Sequence record: OR050627.1
Length of the DNA: 64,000 nucleotides
Reading direction: 5' to 3' (one strand)
The translations under genes and the position numbers were made by a program. Below, in pieces: positions 45,570 to 54,274 of this stretch (its first letter is position 1; every line of letters begins with the position of its first letter). A model generated the notes under the pieces. It had not been told where the DNA came from. It was given only the letters and a program-made list of their open reading frames with translations, and made no database searches.

Positions 45570-46433
45570 ATGAACAAATTCACAGAAAGCCTAGATAAAT
45601 TCAGGCTTAACCCAGAACAACTACAAAACCTAATTTGGGCGTTAAACAAAAGATATGACGCGGAACCTGCAGTAAACAATCCTAAACAAATGACTACTGT
45701 CGACGTCGGCATGCTGTATGGAAATTATGCATTTACTAGCAACTACAGACGTATGGCAAATGCTTTAATAAAAGATGCTAAAATTGTAGGCGACTATCCT
45801 CACTTCTTTACTGAAATTGATGATTCCAGGGAGTTCTTTACTACGCATTTAACGTCTAAACTTTCGCATCGTAGCTGCAAAGCTAACGCGACTATCGTAG
45901 ACAAAGATTACCTTGAAGATGTATACTTCATAGAGTTAAAACGACTTTACACTGCGCTTTTCGTAAAATCATTTGTAGATGGGCGACTTGAAGTTGATTT
46001 GAATGGATTTAAGGAATTGTACATTGCATTGCATTTACACTTAGAAGACTTCAAGCAATATGACGAATTGCGTAAAACTAACACTGCATATATGGCTAGG
46101 TATATTATGAATGCATTTTACGGAGTTATTTGCGGCAAAGCCAATGCAAAAGTATTCCAAATTTCAGGACATACTCAACCAATATTCTACGACTTCTACA
46201 AAAAGCTTAATGAAATTGTACCAACCGAAAAGCTAATTATGCTTTCTACTGACGATTTATGGCTGCCGCAAACAAATGAATCATTGGAAATTCTTAAAAA
46301 AATGATTACGTTATGCGAAGACTACGGTGTACACATGGACTTTAGCAAACTTAGACATTACAAAGTTGAACGTAACATTCTACGTAGAACTTTAGGAATT
46401 CCTGCAAACAGACCTAACAAAAACACCAGATAA
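45570..46433 (+). CDS. Truncated, degenerate family-B DNA polymerase palm/fingers domain
   Basis: IELKRLYTAL (motif A, DxxSLYPS), RYIMNAFYG (motif B, KxxxNSxYG) and LSTDD (motif C, DTDS) occur in the correct order; 287 aa. Confidence 0.65.
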   Translation: MNKFTESLDKFRLNPEQLQNLIWALNKRYDAEPAVNNPKQMTTVDVGMLYGNYAFTSNYRRMANALIKDAKIVGDYPHFFTEIDDSREFFTTHLTSKLSHRSCKANATIVDKDYLEDVYFIELKRLYTALFVKSFVDGRLEVDLNGFKELYIALHLHLEDFKQYDELRKTNTAYMARYIMNAFYGVICGKANAKVFQISGHTQPIFYDFYKKLNEIVPTEKLIMLSTDDLWLPQTNESLEILKKMITLCEDYGVHMDFSKLRHYKVERNILRRTLGIPANRPNKNTR

Positions 46434-46437
46434 TATC

Positions 46438-47316
46438 ATGACAAAGAATATCGAACTTTTACAAAAAGAGGCTAAATCATGTCCAAGACTAATTAAGCCG
46501 TTTACTACCGTACATAATGCATTAAAGCAAGCATTGTTTGCTGGCCATAAGAAATTCAAACTTTACAAAGTCGAAGCATTCGACATTTACAAAAATAACC
46601 TTGCTGACGATGACTATGAAGTTATGATTGACAATTTGGCTAACAATGCGTCGACTAATTGTGACAACTGGGATAACTACGCATCTTATGTTACTAAACA
46701 ATCAGTTATTAGGGCAATTTCGACAAGAGTTATTGCGTTTACTAAAGCAGAGCCTCATAGATTGCCTTACGTTACTGGTGTTCTTGGAGGCAAAAGCGTA
46801 ACGTTAGCTAACGTAACAGCATATGTACGCAAGCATATTGAAGAGGTTGACATGTCCAAAGTTACACTTAATGTTGCCGAAGAAAACAAAGATACTGCTT
46901 ACGAAAAATGCAACAAAATTTTAGCATCCGGCGAATATGGCTTAATTGCTTTGGGCACTACTACATTTGCAATAGTTAAACGTCTAAAAGGTGGAAAATT
47001 CGATGTAGCGTACAATGTTAACGTAATATTCAATCCTGTAGCTGAAATTTACGCAGTAATGGTACAAACTCCTGAACAATTTAAAGAATCTAGCGATGAA
47101 TACTTATTTGCATTTACATCTGAAGAGCCTACTGCTTTGCTAACTATACTTAACATTTACTACGTTAAGCCTTCCATTGAATTAAAAAGTCATTCATGTA
47201 TCTGCGGATTTAAGCCGGAACGTACTACGTTAGAAACGTTCTACCGCATAACGCAAGGACTGCTTGAACATACTTTGATTAACTTTGGAAATGTTGAATA
47301 TGGATCGCTATCATAG
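46438..47316 (+). CDS. Hypothetical early protein
   Basis: 292 aa, in operon. Confidence 0.65.
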   Translation: MTKNIELLQKEAKSCPRLIKPFTTVHNALKQALFAGHKKFKLYKVEAFDIYKNNLADDDYEVMIDNLANNASTNCDNWDNYASYVTKQSVIRAISTRVIAFTKAEPHRLPYVTGVLGGKSVTLANVTAYVRKHIEEVDMSKVTLNVAEENKDTAYEKCNKILASGEYGLIALGTTTFAIVKRLKGGKFDVAYNVNVIFNPVAEIYAVMVQTPEQFKESSDEYLFAFTSEEPTALLTILNIYYVKPSIELKSHSCICGFKPERTTLETFYRITQGLLEHTLINFGNVEYGSLS

Positions 47317-48031
47317 ACAAACATACGACAGCCTGGCGGAACGCACTACAACGTACCGCCAGGCTAAATATAAAGCTTTTACGTCACTTAGCCAAACTGA
47401 CTTAACGTTATGGGCGTTATACAAACAAGACGTAAACGCTTTTAGATTGTATAGCTTTGAAATGGCTGGACATAAATATTTTGTAACACATGACGATAAT
47501 AGCAACTTAGAGTTGTTACGTCAACAATGTATTGCATATGGACTTATGTACTTTCATGCAGCTTGGCTACACAGTACGTTACGTAGAGAAGGTTTTACGT
47601 TAACTGAGTTAACGCCGGATAACTACAAACTAACAGGAACTAAATTGTTTGACTCTACATTAGCTAAGTCAGATGTCGCTGATATTATCGTACAAAATTC
47701 AGCATTGCGTCTTATTAGAGCTAGTTCGGCTAATGGAAGTTTTGCGCATAGCATAAACATTTACAACAAAAAGGTTATCATAACGTCACGCTATCATACG
47801 TCAAATGTTTATGACTTTGAATGCTTTATGCATATGATGCTTTTTATGGCTCGCTATGAAACGTTTTATGCTTTAAGCTTTATAAAAAATATGAAGAATT
47901 TTGGTAGACGATTTATAGCAGATCGTGATAACGTCATAGATTTTTTGACATATGGCGATGTAGTAATAGATCACCTCAACAAATCCAAAATTTCATACAA
48001 AACACTACAAAACAATGTCGACACAATATAA
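47300..48031 (+). CDS. Hypothetical early protein
   Basis: Probable start ATG 47300. Confidence 0.6.
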   Translation: MDRYHRQTYDSLAERTTTYRQAKYKAFTSLSQTDLTLWALYKQDVNAFRLYSFEMAGHKYFVTHDDNSNLELLRQQCIAYGLMYFHAAWLHSTLRREGFTLTELTPDNYKLTGTKLFDSTLAKSDVADIIVQNSALRLIRASSANGSFAHSINIYNKKVIITSRYHTSNVYDFECFMHMMLFMARYETFYALSFIKNMKNFGRRFIADRDNVIDFLTYGDVVIDHLNKSKISYKTLQNNVDTI

Positions 48032-48560
48032 AGTAATTTGCGGTACTGGCCACAGACCAGACAAGCTAGGAGGTTATGACAACCAAGCAGCACACGACTG
48101 CCTAGTGCATTTGTTAATTGATGCTTTACGTGAAATAGAACCTGAATTAGTAATTGTTGGCATGGCTCAAGGTTTTGACCAAGCATTAGCCGAAGCTGCA
48201 TATGAATTAGACATTCCGTTTATTGCAGCACTACCATACAAAGGTCAGGAGTTACGTTGGCCACAAAAAGCTCAACGGCATTATAACTATTTGCTAAGTT
48301 TAGCAAAAGCTATAACAATTGTTAATGAAGGCGACTATAAACCATGGTTCATGCAAACTAGAAATAAATTTATGGTAGACAATAGCCAGGCAGTTTTGAC
48401 AATTTGGGATGGCACGTCTGGCGGAACTTGCAATACAATTGAGTATGCCTCTGGCATGCACAAAAACAATGATTTTGTGTATACTAAACAAAATGAAAAA
48501 CCAATAATCAACATATACGACAAATGGAAAACCAAATACAACTCAAAAACCGGACATTAA
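48015..48560 (+). CDS. SLOG-family protein (YspA/DUF1273-like)
   Basis: CGTGHRPDKLGGY, GMAQGFDQ, RNKFMVDNS, WDGTSGGTCNTIEYA. Confidence 0.88.
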   Translation: MSTQYKVICGTGHRPDKLGGYDNQAAHDCLVHLLIDALREIEPELVIVGMAQGFDQALAEAAYELDIPFIAALPYKGQELRWPQKAQRHYNYLLSLAKAITIVNEGDYKPWFMQTRNKFMVDNSQAVLTIWDGTSGGTCNTIEYASGMHKNNDFVYTKQNEKPIINIYDKWKTKYNSKTGH

Positions 48561-49099
48561 ACGCTTTCGTAAACAAATCTGCTAAACGACAAGATCACGA
48601 ATACATTACATCGGATTGCCTTTATTTAGGTAGTATCACATCATCTACAATAGATTTATGGCTAGGCTTCGACTACAAAGACCCATCTGGATTAGTAGGA
48701 TTTGCTACATTAAATGCCGATGACGAAGCTTTTCAAGTACGTATAGATCATGACGATTCTGAGTATGGCACGTTAGCCGATGAGCACGAATATATAGCGC
48801 TTACTGAAATTCGTAAGCGTGCAGTAGCGCTTAACTTAATTAGCGAAGAGTATTTGAAACTTAACGTTAAGATACATGCAACAAAGGCTGTATGGCTAAA
48901 ACAAAATGGCTGGATTAGAATTGGCGACTATTGGTCGTTACAATATACTAATGGTCCAGGTAGACCGCCGCAGTACGGAACTGATCAAGCATATTACGTT
49001 GCAGTGTTGTCAAGGATTAAACTTGATAATGAAATTCGTTCAACGTTACGAAAGCAAATAGAGGACCAACAAGAACAGTACAAAAAACAAACAAAATAG
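48524..49099 (+). CDS. Hypothetical protein
   Basis: 191 aa, in operon. Confidence 0.6.
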   Translation: MENQIQLKNRTLNAFVNKSAKRQDHEYITSDCLYLGSITSSTIDLWLGFDYKDPSGLVGFATLNADDEAFQVRIDHDDSEYGTLADEHEYIALTEIRKRAVALNLISEEYLKLNVKIHATKAVWLKQNGWIRIGDYWSLQYTNGPGRPPQYGTDQAYYVAVLSRIKLDNEIRSTLRKQIEDQQEQYKKQTK

Positions 49100-49111
49100 T
49101 ACAATAGCAAC

Positions 49112-49615
49112 ATGACAAAACAACAACAATTAGAAAAGCTAGAATGCAAAGTTATCGAATGGGCAGATGCTCGTAATATGTTTGACAAAGACAACGGAGG
49201 CACGATAACAACACAATTATTCAAATTAGTAGAGGAACAGGGCGAAGCATTTTCAGCAAAACTTAAAAACAAGCAGGATTTATTAAAGGACGGTACTGGT
49301 GACCAGAAAGTATGTCTCATAAATATGAAAAAGTTATTTGAGGAATTTGGCCTTGGCCAGGTTGACAGACTTGAACTTTGGGAAAAGTTAAGACTACTTC
49401 AATTAGCTACAATAGGTAAAATTGCAGAAAGTATTTTGACTGACGACAACATTGGTGTAAGCGAGGGTATCAATTCACTTGATGATATTCTAAAAGACTT
49501 GGCTGAGGCTGATGGCCTTGACTTCCTTGAATGCCTTGGTATAGCTTACGACGAAATTAAAAATCGTAAAGGCAAGATGGTTAACCGAACTTTTGTTAAA
49601 GAATCTGACCTTTAG
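49112..49615 (+). CDS. MazG-like nucleotide pyrophosphohydrolase
   Basis: EWADARNM, KLVEEQGE, DGTGD, ECLGIAYDEIKNRKGKMVNRTFVKE. Confidence 0.85.
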   Translation: MTKQQQLEKLECKVIEWADARNMFDKDNGGTITTQLFKLVEEQGEAFSAKLKNKQDLLKDGTGDQKVCLINMKKLFEEFGLGQVDRLELWEKLRLLQLATIGKIAESILTDDNIGVSEGINSLDDILKDLAEADGLDFLECLGIAYDEIKNRKGKMVNRTFVKESDL

Positions 49616-49655
49616 CAACCTTATTTAAAATGAATATAAATTGCAACTATTTTCA

Positions 49656-49705
49656 AAAATAGTTGCAATTTTGTTTTTATATGTCATAAAAATTGATTAA
49701 TTTTA
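49656..49705 (+). promoter_or_regulatory. Promoter variant with TAATTTTA; overlaps a 16-bp-arm inverted repeat at 49638-49671
   Basis: Same spacings as the family; same variant at 50660-50709. Confidence 0.7.
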
Positions 49706-49747
49706 TACTATCAAAATAAAACAATAACAATTTAAAACTTTAAAACA

Positions 49748-50158
49748 ATGGCAAAATTAAGATTTATCGCAATGGGAAGAGACCCACTTAATGTATTAGG
49801 AGGTTATTATAACCAGGAGGCTGCCAAGAATCTTTGTAAATCGGCAAAGATTATGAACGAAGGTTCACAAACATATGGCCATAAAGAATTGGCTGACAAC
49901 AAAAAGTCATACTTCTACGATCATACAACTAATGTACATTTATTGACTAACGATGGTGTAGCTATAGAGTTCTCAACGTTAACAACAACTTACGTTAATA
50001 CATCACAGAAGTTACCGTTAGGCCCAAGAACTTCACTAAAAGAAGCTTCATTGAAAATTGATGGCATTCCTGTAGAGGCATTACCTCATGAATTGTTTCT
50101 GAACAACAGAGATAGTTTAGTGCATTTAATTGAAAACTTAGTAAAATTAACAAAATAA
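49748..50158 (+). CDS. Hypothetical early protein
   Basis: Promoter 49656-49705. Confidence 0.65.
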   Translation: MAKLRFIAMGRDPLNVLGGYYNQEAAKNLCKSAKIMNEGSQTYGHKELADNKKSYFYDHTTNVHLLTNDGVAIEFSTLTTTYVNTSQKLPLGPRTSLKEASLKIDGIPVEALPHELFLNNRDSLVHLIENLVKLTK

Positions 50159-50210
50159 ACAACAAAAAGCCAGAACATTACTAACGTTCTGGCTTTTAAA
50201 TGCAAAGCAT

Positions 50211-50666
50211 ATGGAAGCTACAAACAACATAGCGTTCGACTACAATTACGTAAGTACGTTACTAACGCCATACTATGATAAGCCAGGCAAACTAACTATG
50301 CCAGCATCAGATACTACAGGACTGCAACTTGGAATAAACCAAGGAGGTCACACTAAATTTTTTGTACATGATAACAAAATTTCATTTATTCATAACGGAA
50401 CAAATTACGCTGCGGTACAGGATTTTGAGTATATGCTAAACAAAACTACGCAGAATTTGTTGAAAATATCTTGTCTAGACTATAACAAATTGGACCCTGA
50501 AAAATTTAAGGGCATACATAGTGGCTACAATGCTTTGCGTGATGGATTGCTTGAATATTTTAGCATACAACTATGTGCAATTTATTTTGACGACATTAAG
50601 TCAATGGAGGTTAGCCAAGAAGGCTTTGTAGTTAATGATGTTCAATTTAAACTTTCTAAAAAATAG
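50211..50666 (+). CDS. Hypothetical protein
   Basis: 151 aa. Confidence 0.6.
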   Translation: MEATNNIAFDYNYVSTLLTPYYDKPGKLTMPASDTTGLQLGINQGGHTKFFVHDNKISFIHNGTNYAAVQDFEYMLNKTTQNLLKISCLDYNKLDPEKFKGIHSGYNALRDGLLEYFSIQLCAIYFDDIKSMEVSQEGFVVNDVQFKLSKK

Positions 50667-50761
50667 TTGCCAAAATATTTTCATATGTCGTTTATTTTGA
50701 TTAATTTTACTATAACAAAATAACAATATACACAAAGTGTAATTGCTAAAGCATAAAAATT

Positions 50762-51010
50762 ATGATTAACGAAGAACTTACAACAGATCACTTTAAAGGA
50801 CTTCCAAAATTTGGAACTTGTAAAGTAGGAATGCGAATTGAATGTTTAGATACATTTGGTGACCCAATAAAGGAAATTTCAGGAGTTATACTTGAACTTT
50901 CAGAAGACAAAAAAGAAGCTTTAATTCAGTCAAGCTATGGCTTTGGAAAGCTACGTACATCTAAAATGCTGTACAACAGAATCAAACAAATTAACCAACA
51001 AGAATATTAG
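50762..51010 (+). CDS. Hypothetical early protein (SH3/KOW-like)
   Basis: KVGMRIEC...GVILE pattern; promoter 50660-50709. Confidence 0.55.
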   Translation: MINEELTTDHFKGLPKFGTCKVGMRIECLDTFGDPIKEISGVILELSEDKKEALIQSSYGFGKLRTSKMLYNRIKQINQQEY

Positions 51011-51014
51011 TATT

Positions 51015-52130
51015 ATGTTTATCTACCCGCTACACGAAGACCCTAAGCAGTCAGTTAAATATTTAACCGACTTCCATATAAAGAAACACGTTAAGTCAGT
51101 AACTAAGCTTTTGTTAGCGCACTTAGTAGCTAACGAAAGTGAAATTTACGATGAGGTTCCTGCACATTTGAAATTTTTTAAGTTTGAAAAGGAAATTAAC
51201 AAAACTGAGGAATGGCTTAACGAAAGCATGGCTAACGTACATTGGTTGCTAATTTATGGCACAGCAATGTTCGATGAGTACAAATTTAGATTTGGCAAAG
51301 ACTATAAATACTTGAAAATTTGGTCTGAATTAATGTCGTTAGTTTATGGTGCTGCAATGAAGCATTACAAAGACTTGATATACGAAGACCATACGTCATT
51401 CCTGCTAACAATTCCGGATATGTATGTCGTTTACGAAGAACCTGTTGATTGTTACAGATACTTCTATGTTCATGCAAGACTTTCTGGTGATAAAAGCGTT
51501 AAGTGGACAAAAGGTACTCCGCCAGACTTCCTAGATCAAACAAAATACACTCAGGAAATCGACTCTTTTGAAGGAGGTACTAAATTGGCTAAGATGGTTG
51601 CTAAATACAAAGATTCTGCAGTATCTGCCGAGGAAAAGGACATGATTCTAGGCTTTATACAAAAAGAAGCTGACAAGTTAAGAATGCCAGTAGAACGACT
51701 AATTTATGATAAATTTGAAAAACGTAAATGGCATTTTTTCAGATGGTATACACAATTAGACAGTCAGCTGCTGACAAAATTAGCACTGCATTTATTTGGC
51801 GATATTCCTCAATACTATGGTTCACATAACAAAAAAGTTAAGGAATGGAAGTTCAAATTGACTGACATTGAAGCCATTAAACTTCGCGAATACTACGACT
51901 TCCATAGAGCTAAACTTTGGCAAGAATTCAAAAAGGTAGAGGATTCTATGGCTACTGCATATGCCGCAGCACAAGGCTTGGATATTAGTGAAAATGTAGA
52001 CATTGATTACGCTAACGATGACGACGATTACAAATCTAAGTCTACATCATTTTATGATCATGCTACTGCAGCCGGATTAACTATGGGTATGGAAAAACAT
52101 ACGTATACTAAAACTTTAGGTAACAAGTAA
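51015..52130 (+). CDS. Pyrimidine-dimer-glycosylase-like domain fused to a DUF2786-like domain
   Basis: The N-terminal half parallels 53646..54140 (MFIYPLHEDP...DFHIKKH vs MNIFVLDEHP...NKHVVKM; DCYRYFY vs NSYRAYY). C-terminal KLAKMV...SAEEKDMI resembles DUF2786. Confidence 0.55.
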   Translation: MFIYPLHEDPKQSVKYLTDFHIKKHVKSVTKLLLAHLVANESEIYDEVPAHLKFFKFEKEINKTEEWLNESMANVHWLLIYGTAMFDEYKFRFGKDYKYLKIWSELMSLVYGAAMKHYKDLIYEDHTSFLLTIPDMYVVYEEPVDCYRYFYVHARLSGDKSVKWTKGTPPDFLDQTKYTQEIDSFEGGTKLAKMVAKYKDSAVSAEEKDMILGFIQKEADKLRMPVERLIYDKFEKRKWHFFRWYTQLDSQLLTKLALHLFGDIPQYYGSHNKKVKEWKFKLTDIEAIKLREYYDFHRAKLWQEFKKVEDSMATAYAAAQGLDISENVDIDYANDDDDYKSKSTSFYDHATAAGLTMGMEKHTYTKTLGNK

Positions 52131-52212
52131 AACTAACACCATTTTAAATGGTGTATGTAAAAACACGTACAAATTGCTAGCAATTTGTGTAAATAAACAA
52201 ATTACAACAACA

Positions 52213-52512
52213 ATGAAAACATTTTTCAACTTCGTTAACGAATCTATAACAAATTATCCTAAAGTAGCGTCTACTGCAGATTTAGTTGCTGCATTACCAG
52301 GATTAGTTGCAGAAAAATCAAAAGTTCAAGAGGGCAAACTATATAACACTTTATTAGCCAAAAACAATGGCAGCGTAATTATAGAATTGCAAACTTCCAA
52401 TGGCGCTGTTAAGGATGCTACTACTGAGGTTCTTGAATTTTATGCAAAAGTAAAATCATTCAAGTCGTATGAATATGACAGTAAAATGGGCATATTTATT
52501 GTACAATTCTAA
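52213..52512 (+). CDS. Small putative internal head protein with capsid-targeting N-terminus (MKTFFNFVNE/S)
   Basis: ATG 52213; late-like TGTAAATA at 52188-52195. Confidence 0.6.
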   Translation: MKTFFNFVNESITNYPKVASTADLVAALPGLVAEKSKVQEGKLYNTLLAKNNGSVIIELQTSNGAVKDATTEVLEFYAKVKSFKSYEYDSKMGIFIVQF

Positions 52513-52535
52513 CAACTTAAAAATCTAAAAATAAA

Positions 52536-52913
52536 ATGACATTTACCGAAATTTTCAGCGAAGAGATTATTGCGGAATTCAGAGCAGAATTGGCTAAAAT
52601 TAAAAAATCACAAAGCGTTAATATGTTCACCGAACCAGTTATTGATGCATACGAGGACATTCTGGAATGCATTGAAAATGGGTCAATAAATGATATTGAC
52701 GAATTGGAGGACTACATAGACATTCATTACGGAAGTACTGAGGAGGACGACAATGAATATTTTATAATTTGCTCACTTACGCAATATGCTGATGGCGACT
52801 TCGACGATGTTCACCAAATTTTCAAACAGGCCACATTATCCAAAAAGAAAATTAACCTTGAGGAGTTGTTAGCTGAAGAAGGTGATACGTTCGCATATGA
52901 AGACGAATTCTAG
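52536..52913 (+). CDS. Highly acidic protein (DNA-mimic candidate)
   Basis: 34 D/E versus 8 K/R in 125 aa (hand count). Confidence 0.5.
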   Translation: MTFTEIFSEEIIAEFRAELAKIKKSQSVNMFTEPVIDAYEDILECIENGSINDIDELEDYIDIHYGSTEEDDNEYFIICSLTQYADGDFDDVHQIFKQATLSKKKINLEELLAEEGDTFAYEDEF

Positions 52914-52932
52914 GTAGCATAAAACCAAACAC

Positions 52933-53187
52933 ATGGCAGAGTTAAATACAAACGACACAATAATACTTTATGACATTTATGATTATAACGTAGTACCAAT
53001 TGAAGTAGTCATGCAGATAAACGAAAATTATACTGCATGCATAAACCGATCAACAGATACACCAATAAAAATTTACAACAAACGTTTACTTGAGCTTTAC
53101 ACTAGCAAACGTGATGCGCTGGAAGCTTTACGTGAGCTTTTGTTGGCAAAGCTACAAGAAACTTTAGGACATATAAACGAACTTTAG
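52933..53187 (+). CDS. Hypothetical protein
   Basis: 84 aa. Confidence 0.55.
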   Translation: MAELNTNDTIILYDIYDYNVVPIEVVMQINENYTACINRSTDTPIKIYNKRLLELYTSKRDALEALRELLLAKLQETLGHINEL

Positions 53188-53195
53188 AACAAACA

Positions 53196-53474
53196 ATGAA
53201 GATTTTAAAATTTTACGCTGATTGGTGCGGACCATGTAAAGCGTTAAGCAACGCACTAGCTGGAATTGAAGGCGACTTAGCAGAAAGAAATGTAAAGCTA
53301 GAAAACATAAATGCTGATGACAAGGATGAACTTGCAGCAGATTTTGGCGTACGAGGATTGCCTACAACTTTAATCATTGCAGAAGATGGTGAAACTGTAC
53401 TTTTCAGAAAGCCTGGAATGTATAGCAAAGAGGACCTTTTGGCAATTATAGATGAACTGCAAAAACCAAAATAA
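53196..53474 (+). CDS. trxA: Thioredoxin
   Basis: FYADWCGPCK; FGVRGLPT. Confidence 0.95.
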   Translation: MKILKFYADWCGPCKALSNALAGIEGDLAERNVKLENINADDKDELAADFGVRGLPTTLIIAEDGETVLFRKPGMYSKEDLLAIIDELQKPK

Positions 53475-53645
53475 CTTAACATACTATGAAAAGAGACGTT
53501 ATCGTAATTGGTAGTGAAACTACTGAAGGATTTGCCAATGAATACTATTGGGGAATCTAAAATTTTTTAAAAATAAATTCCCAAATGTTTTCACGTTTGG
53601 GAATTTTTGTTTATATTTGTAATAACAAATTAAACAATAAAAGCT

Positions 53646-54140
53646 ATGAATATTTTTGTATTAGATGAACATCCAGTTAAAGCTGCACAAATGCAATGTA
53701 ATAAGCATGTAGTAAAAATGATAGTAGAAACTGCACAAATGCTTTCTACATATGCAAGAAAACATGAATTGCCTGGTAGTGATATGCTTTACAAAGCGAC
53801 ACATAAAAATCATCCATGTACATTATGGCTAGATGAATCTGTTAATAACGTACATTGGTTAGCTTTGCACGGCTTAGCATTAATTAAAGAATATTATCGT
53901 AGATATGGCAAACGACATAAAACTACTGATGTAATGTTGAATTTTTATAGCGTAGCATATAAAGAATTAATGCATGCAGATTTTAGCAAGCATACTAAAT
54001 TTGCATTAGCTATGCCAGAGGAATACATTACTGATGATGCAATAAATAGCTATAGAGCATATTATGCTAACGCCAAGAAAGATTTGTTGATTTACACTAA
54101 CAGAGAAATGCCTGAATGGATATCTTACTTTACTAAATAA
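53646..54140 (+). CDS. Pyrimidine dimer DNA glycosylase / endonuclease V superfamily protein
   Basis: MNIFVLD...KHVVKMIVETAQMLST, YKATHKNHPCTLW, AMPEEY...YRAYY. Confidence 0.8.
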   Translation: MNIFVLDEHPVKAAQMQCNKHVVKMIVETAQMLSTYARKHELPGSDMLYKATHKNHPCTLWLDESVNNVHWLALHGLALIKEYYRRYGKRHKTTDVMLNFYSVAYKELMHADFSKHTKFALAMPEEYITDDAINSYRAYYANAKKDLLIYTNREMPEWISYFTK

Positions 54141-54205
54141 AGTTGCATTAAAATTTTTACATGCCATAAATGTTTATGAAAAATTTAATAAATTTTTAAC
54201 ATTTT

Positions 54206-54240
54206 AAATTTTACTACGTAGTAAAATTTTAATATATTTG
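54206..54240 (+). promoter_or_regulatory. Topoisomerase promoter with a perfect 24-bp palindrome in the spacer
   Basis: AAATTTTACTACGTAGTAAAATTT at 54206-54229; TATATTTG at 54233-54240. Confidence 0.7.
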
Positions 54241-54274
54241 TATTATAAAATTAATCAAACAATAAAATTACATA

